A stretch of DNA of 64,000 nucleotides, taken from the NCBI GenBank assembly GCA_951406725.2, contig OX597815.1, positions 70,308,001-70,372,000 of the forward strand, given 5' to 3'. Shown piece by piece: positions 59,993-64,000 of this stretch. A program made the translations under genes and the position numbers. Every line of letters starts with the position of its first letter. Position 1 is the first letter of the stretch. This DNA comes from Octopus vulgaris. Its lineage: Eukaryota. Below the pieces are notes generated by a model. That model searched no databases. It saw only the letters and a list, made by a program, of their open reading frames with translations, and had not been told where the DNA came from.

Positions 59993-59997
<5 letters not shown>
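59318..59997 (-). mobile_element. HHR element with direct terminal repeat (558 bp period)
   Basis: 59318-59439 is repeated at 59876-59997; HHR in the unique part; (TA)n flanks. Confidence 0.85.
59603..59654 (-). ncRNA. Type I hammerhead, canonical core
   Basis: TGAG-CTGATGA-tAGA...TCTt-GAA-ACGTACGT-T-CTCA. Confidence 0.8.
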
Positions 59998-60035
<38 letters not shown>

Positions 60036-60191
60036 TGGTGTATTGGCTCCTATTTCTAGCAATCCACGTACTATCTCTTCTCTATCCTGATAAAAAGCAA
60101 ATTTGACCGCTGAAAAACCTAAATGTAAAAAGCAAAGTTTGTATGTTGACCGCTAAAAGCACTAAATAAAATTGATAATATCTAAATTAAT

Positions 60192-60390
60192 TTGACCGTT
60201 TATTCTATACCTAGAATACCACTAATACCAACAGTTGTCCCTTTTCCTTTCAAGCGTTTGCAATTCCCAGTGAGTGTCAGTTACGCATTGACCATTAAAC
60301 AAGTCCCAAGGTCAAACACTATAGGTTGTCGGTCTCCATATAGAAGAGATAGAAGAGAGCTGTTTCTCACATGGTTGTTCCAGAGTAGGT
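60192..60390 (+). pseudogene. Helitron helicase fragment
   Basis: IPRIPLIPT.VPF.FKRLQFPV.VSYALTI. Confidence 0.8.
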
Positions 60391-60399
60391 TGTCCGACA

Positions 60400-60885
60400 G
60401 CAGGAATTTGAATTCGGAACGTAAAAACAGTCGAAATACCGCAGAGCATTTCGCCCGGCGTGCTAACGTTTCTTATTTCTTTATTGCCCACAAGGGGCTA
60501 AACATACAGGGGACAAACAAGGATAGACAAAGGGATTAAGTCGATTACATCGCCCCAGTGCGTAACTGGCACTTAATTCATCGACCTCGAAAGGATGAAA
60601 GGCAATGTCGACCTCGGCGGAATTTGAATTCAGAACGTAACGGCAGATGAAATACTTATTTCTTTACTACCCACAAGGGGCTAAACACAGAAGGGACAAA
60701 CAAGGACAGACAAACGGATTAAGTTGATTACATAGACCCAGTGCGTAACTGGTATTTAATTTATCGACCCCGAAAGGATGAAAGGCAAAGTCGACCTCGG
60801 CAGAATTTGAACTCAGAACGTAACGGCAGACTAAATACCGCTAAGCATTTCGCCCGGCGTGCTAACGTTTCTGCCAGCTCGCCGT
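60400..60885 (-). mobile_element. Three tandem/nested SINE family B copies
   Basis: Repeated cccacaaggggctaaac...gaaaggatgaaaggcaa.gtcgacctcggc blocks. Confidence 0.85.
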
Positions 60886-61248
60886 CTTACCTCATGCAAG
60901 ATAACACTATGAAGTATAAAAGCACACACACACACACACACACAAACGCACATACACACACACATACACACAAATTAAACATATATTTGATGTTTCCGTT
61001 TAGCCGTAGTTGTACAAATAAAGAAAGTGTTAGAACTTAATAAACTTATACATCACAGTATTTTGTATGTGTACATGAGGGTGGTGAAGAGGGTGGTGAA
61101 GGCGAACAAGCCGAATCTTCGACGTCTCTGTCATTTTTTTCCTTGTAAAAGTTAATCAACATGTACTCTACGAAAATCTATTAATGCTAAATTGTTTTTA
61201 TGATTAAGCATTTCTACACACACACACACAGATGTAGAGAACACCGGG

Positions 61249-61346
<98 letters not shown>

Positions 61347-61959
61347 CAAACAGGAGGCGAGAAACATACATTCGGTCATCCAACCTGTAAAAGCCACTGA
61401 TTTTTCTCGTTCGAAGTAGCGAAATATGAAAGCAAGTAAATGAACTGATGAACCACAAAAAAATTAAATGCTGAATAAGTTCGATGTTTTATTATGAGGA
61501 TTTCCAGTGACATGTATAAGTAGCTATTTCGTTTTCAGCTTTCTTTATGAGTCACAGAAAATTTACTGCCTGTCACTTTCTGAAAGAAGAGGGGAAAGAG
61601 AAGGAAGAGACAGATAGATAGCTAGATAGATATGTATGACTGTACATATGAGGTGTGTATGTATATGTGTTGTCTTCGTCGATCGTTTTCGTACGTCCAC
61701 TCTGGTGTCGTTTATTCGTTTGAAGCCTTAACTCTCCACACATTTTTTTATTTTAAAAATTCTGGATGCTGCTGCCTTATAAAGTGTTCCTGTCTTGTCG
61801 TTAAAAGCACGAAACAGGTAGTAATAAGCAGTCAACAACTGAGGAGGAGTTAGACTTCTTTTGGTATTGTCCTGTACTTAATGTATATTTTTTCATTTTA
61901 TTATATATATATATATATATATAGGAGGAGGAGTTAGACTTCTTTTGGTATTTTCATTT

Positions 61960-62023
<64 letters not shown>

Positions 62024-62419
62024 TTATTCAGTTTTATTTGCCAATAGAGAAAGACCCGGTTTCTAACCTAGATCCAAGGCTCCTTCATTGGAATTTCAAC
62101 ATCAACAACGGGGTATTTTTGTATGTATGTATATATGTATGTATGTATGTAGGTAGGTAGGTAGGTAGGTAGGTAAGTAAGTAGGTAGATAGGTAGGTAT
62201 GTATGTATGTATGTATGTATGTAGGTAGGTAGGTAGGTAGGTAGGTAGGTAGGTAGGTAGGTAGGTAAGTAGGTAGGTAAGTAGGTAGGTAAGTAGGTAG
62301 GTAGGTAGGTAGCTAGGTAGGTAGGTAGGTAGGTATGCATGTATGTCCAGATTTGTATGTTTTCTGTATATGTTATCATGCATATAGTTACATATCTAGA
62401 CATGCTCATATATATTTAA

Positions 62420-62850
62420 ATAATTAACTTCTGGAAATTTTACAGATTTTCACAGTTCCAGTGATGGCTTGGATCTGTAGTCTTCGAATTAGCTTTCCTC
62501 TTTCTGGTTTTGAGAAGCCTAATTTCTCAAGATTGGTATTTAGGCAGTATGTCACATATCCCAGTGTCCCAATAATTACAGGTATAAACCTGAACTTGTA
62601 ATTTGATTAGAGTAACCGCAAATATCCCAGTAGCTCAGCGTAGGTATTCACTTTTTTACTCATTTTCAGCTTTATGTTAACATCCAGAGGGCAGCTGATT
62701 TCAACAACTTTACATAGTTTCTCTTCTCTGTCCCAAATCATTATATCAGGTCTATTGTGTTTACATTTTATTGAGGTTTTCAATAGTGGACATTCCACCA
62801 ATACTTCTTTTTATTATGAGTGGTTATGACTTCCACCATCATGTGGCTTC
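62420..62850 (-). mobile_element. RLE-type (R4/NeSL-like) LINE 3' fragment
   Basis: HNRPDIMIWDREEKLCKVVEISCP..K...Y.EL; flanked by (TATG)/(TAGG) repeats. Confidence 0.7.
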
Positions 62851-63122
62851 TTATGTATGTATGTATGTATGTATGTATGTATGTATGTATGTATGTATGT
62901 ATGTATGTGTGTATGTATGTATGTAAGTATGTATGTACATATATAATAAGATTTTTAAAAATTGCTCAGGAGGATGACAAGGGAACAGAAAAACACACAT
63001 AAGATGCCGACATATTCATCCTTCATCAGATATCGACCAAAAATCTTCATGTATGTGTGTGTATATACGTATATACACATACACGCACGCACACACAATA
63101 CTATATTGTTTTACATTATAAA

Positions 63123-63355
63123 GGGCGGCGAGCTGGCAGAAACGTTAGTACGCCGGGCGAAATGCGTAGCCGTATTTCGTCTGTCGTTACGTTCTGAGTT
63201 CAAATTCCGCCGAGGTCGACTTTGCCTTTCATCCTTTCGGGTCGATTAAATAAAGCACCAGTTTCGCACTGGGGTCGATGTAATCGACTTAATCCGTTTG
63301 TCTGTCCTTGTTTGTCCCCTCTACATTTAGCCCCTTGTGGACAGTAAAGAAATAT
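63123..63355 (+). mobile_element. SINE family B, full copy
   Basis: Complete head, core and ccccttgtgg..agtaaagaaata tail. Confidence 0.9.
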
Positions 63356-63731
63356 ATATTGTTTTACATTATTATACATCGTATATGTATTATATATTAC
63401 ATAATACATATGAAATATAGTCTTTATACAAACGATAAAATAATTAACAAAAGAAGAAAAAAATAACAGAACAGCTCGTCAGACGGCAAAAGGTTTGTAG
63501 AGGTGAGGGTAAGTAAGCCTTTGTCAATCTGCTGGATGGTCTGTACCAGTATGTTGTCTGGATTATTTGAGCGTAATAGTAATTTACTGTAATGTACGAC
63601 ATGCATGTACTTAGAAGCAGAGGGTCAGCAACTAATCAGGCCTGAAATATTTTCTGACACTTAACAGAAATTCTTATCCTTTGGTTGCAATGTTAGCAAT
63701 CTATTAATTATGCAGTCGTAAACGATGATGG

Positions 63732-63798
<67 letters not shown>

Positions 63799-64000
63799 AT
63801 TTAGTCATAGGTGAATCCTAATAAAGGAGAACTGTGATCAAAGGCACACTGGACAGGTACAGTCATCTGTACTTTTCCTCTAAGTTTATATATAGGACAT
63901 CATTATTAAAAGTGTTATCGCTTTATTTTCAGTGTAAACACGTAACCTAGTAGTTAGGGTCTTGCACTCACGATCGAAAGATCATTGTTTCTATTCCCGG

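Noticed and set aside
61842-61955. ~28-bp direct repeat gaggaggagttagacttcttttggtatt
   Set aside because: Local slippage duplication beside (TA)n with no further structure.
63470-63560. Possible small exon ending at g|gtaagt (~63509)
   Set aside because: An isolated donor-like hexamer is expected by chance; no supporting acceptor or homology.

Overview
AT-rich, microsatellite-dense eukaryotic DNA. The SINE and repeat content is most consistent with a cephalopod (octopus-type) genome; this is an inference. No host protein-coding exon can be supported. Most ORF-track entries are translations of simple repeats. The window is mostly decayed transposons: tRNA-derived SINEs, mariner, Tc1, Buster-type hAT, Helitrons, a CR1-type LINE, R4/Dong-type LINEs in (TAA)n, MITEs, and Penelope-like elements (PLEs; GIY-YIG and RT fragments). 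The main signal is a dense population of minimal type I hammerhead ribozyme (HHR) motifs, about 20 intact or decayed, from several unrelated sequence families. They sit in PLE pseudo-LTRs and in non-coding tandem units of 404, 558 and 588 bp embedded in (TA)n, which resemble retrozymes (circRNA-producing elements). Many carry a non-canonical CCGANGA core (U4C), one family has CUGUNGA, and one family has two core-like boxes with a covarying helix. All folds and alignments were done by eye.
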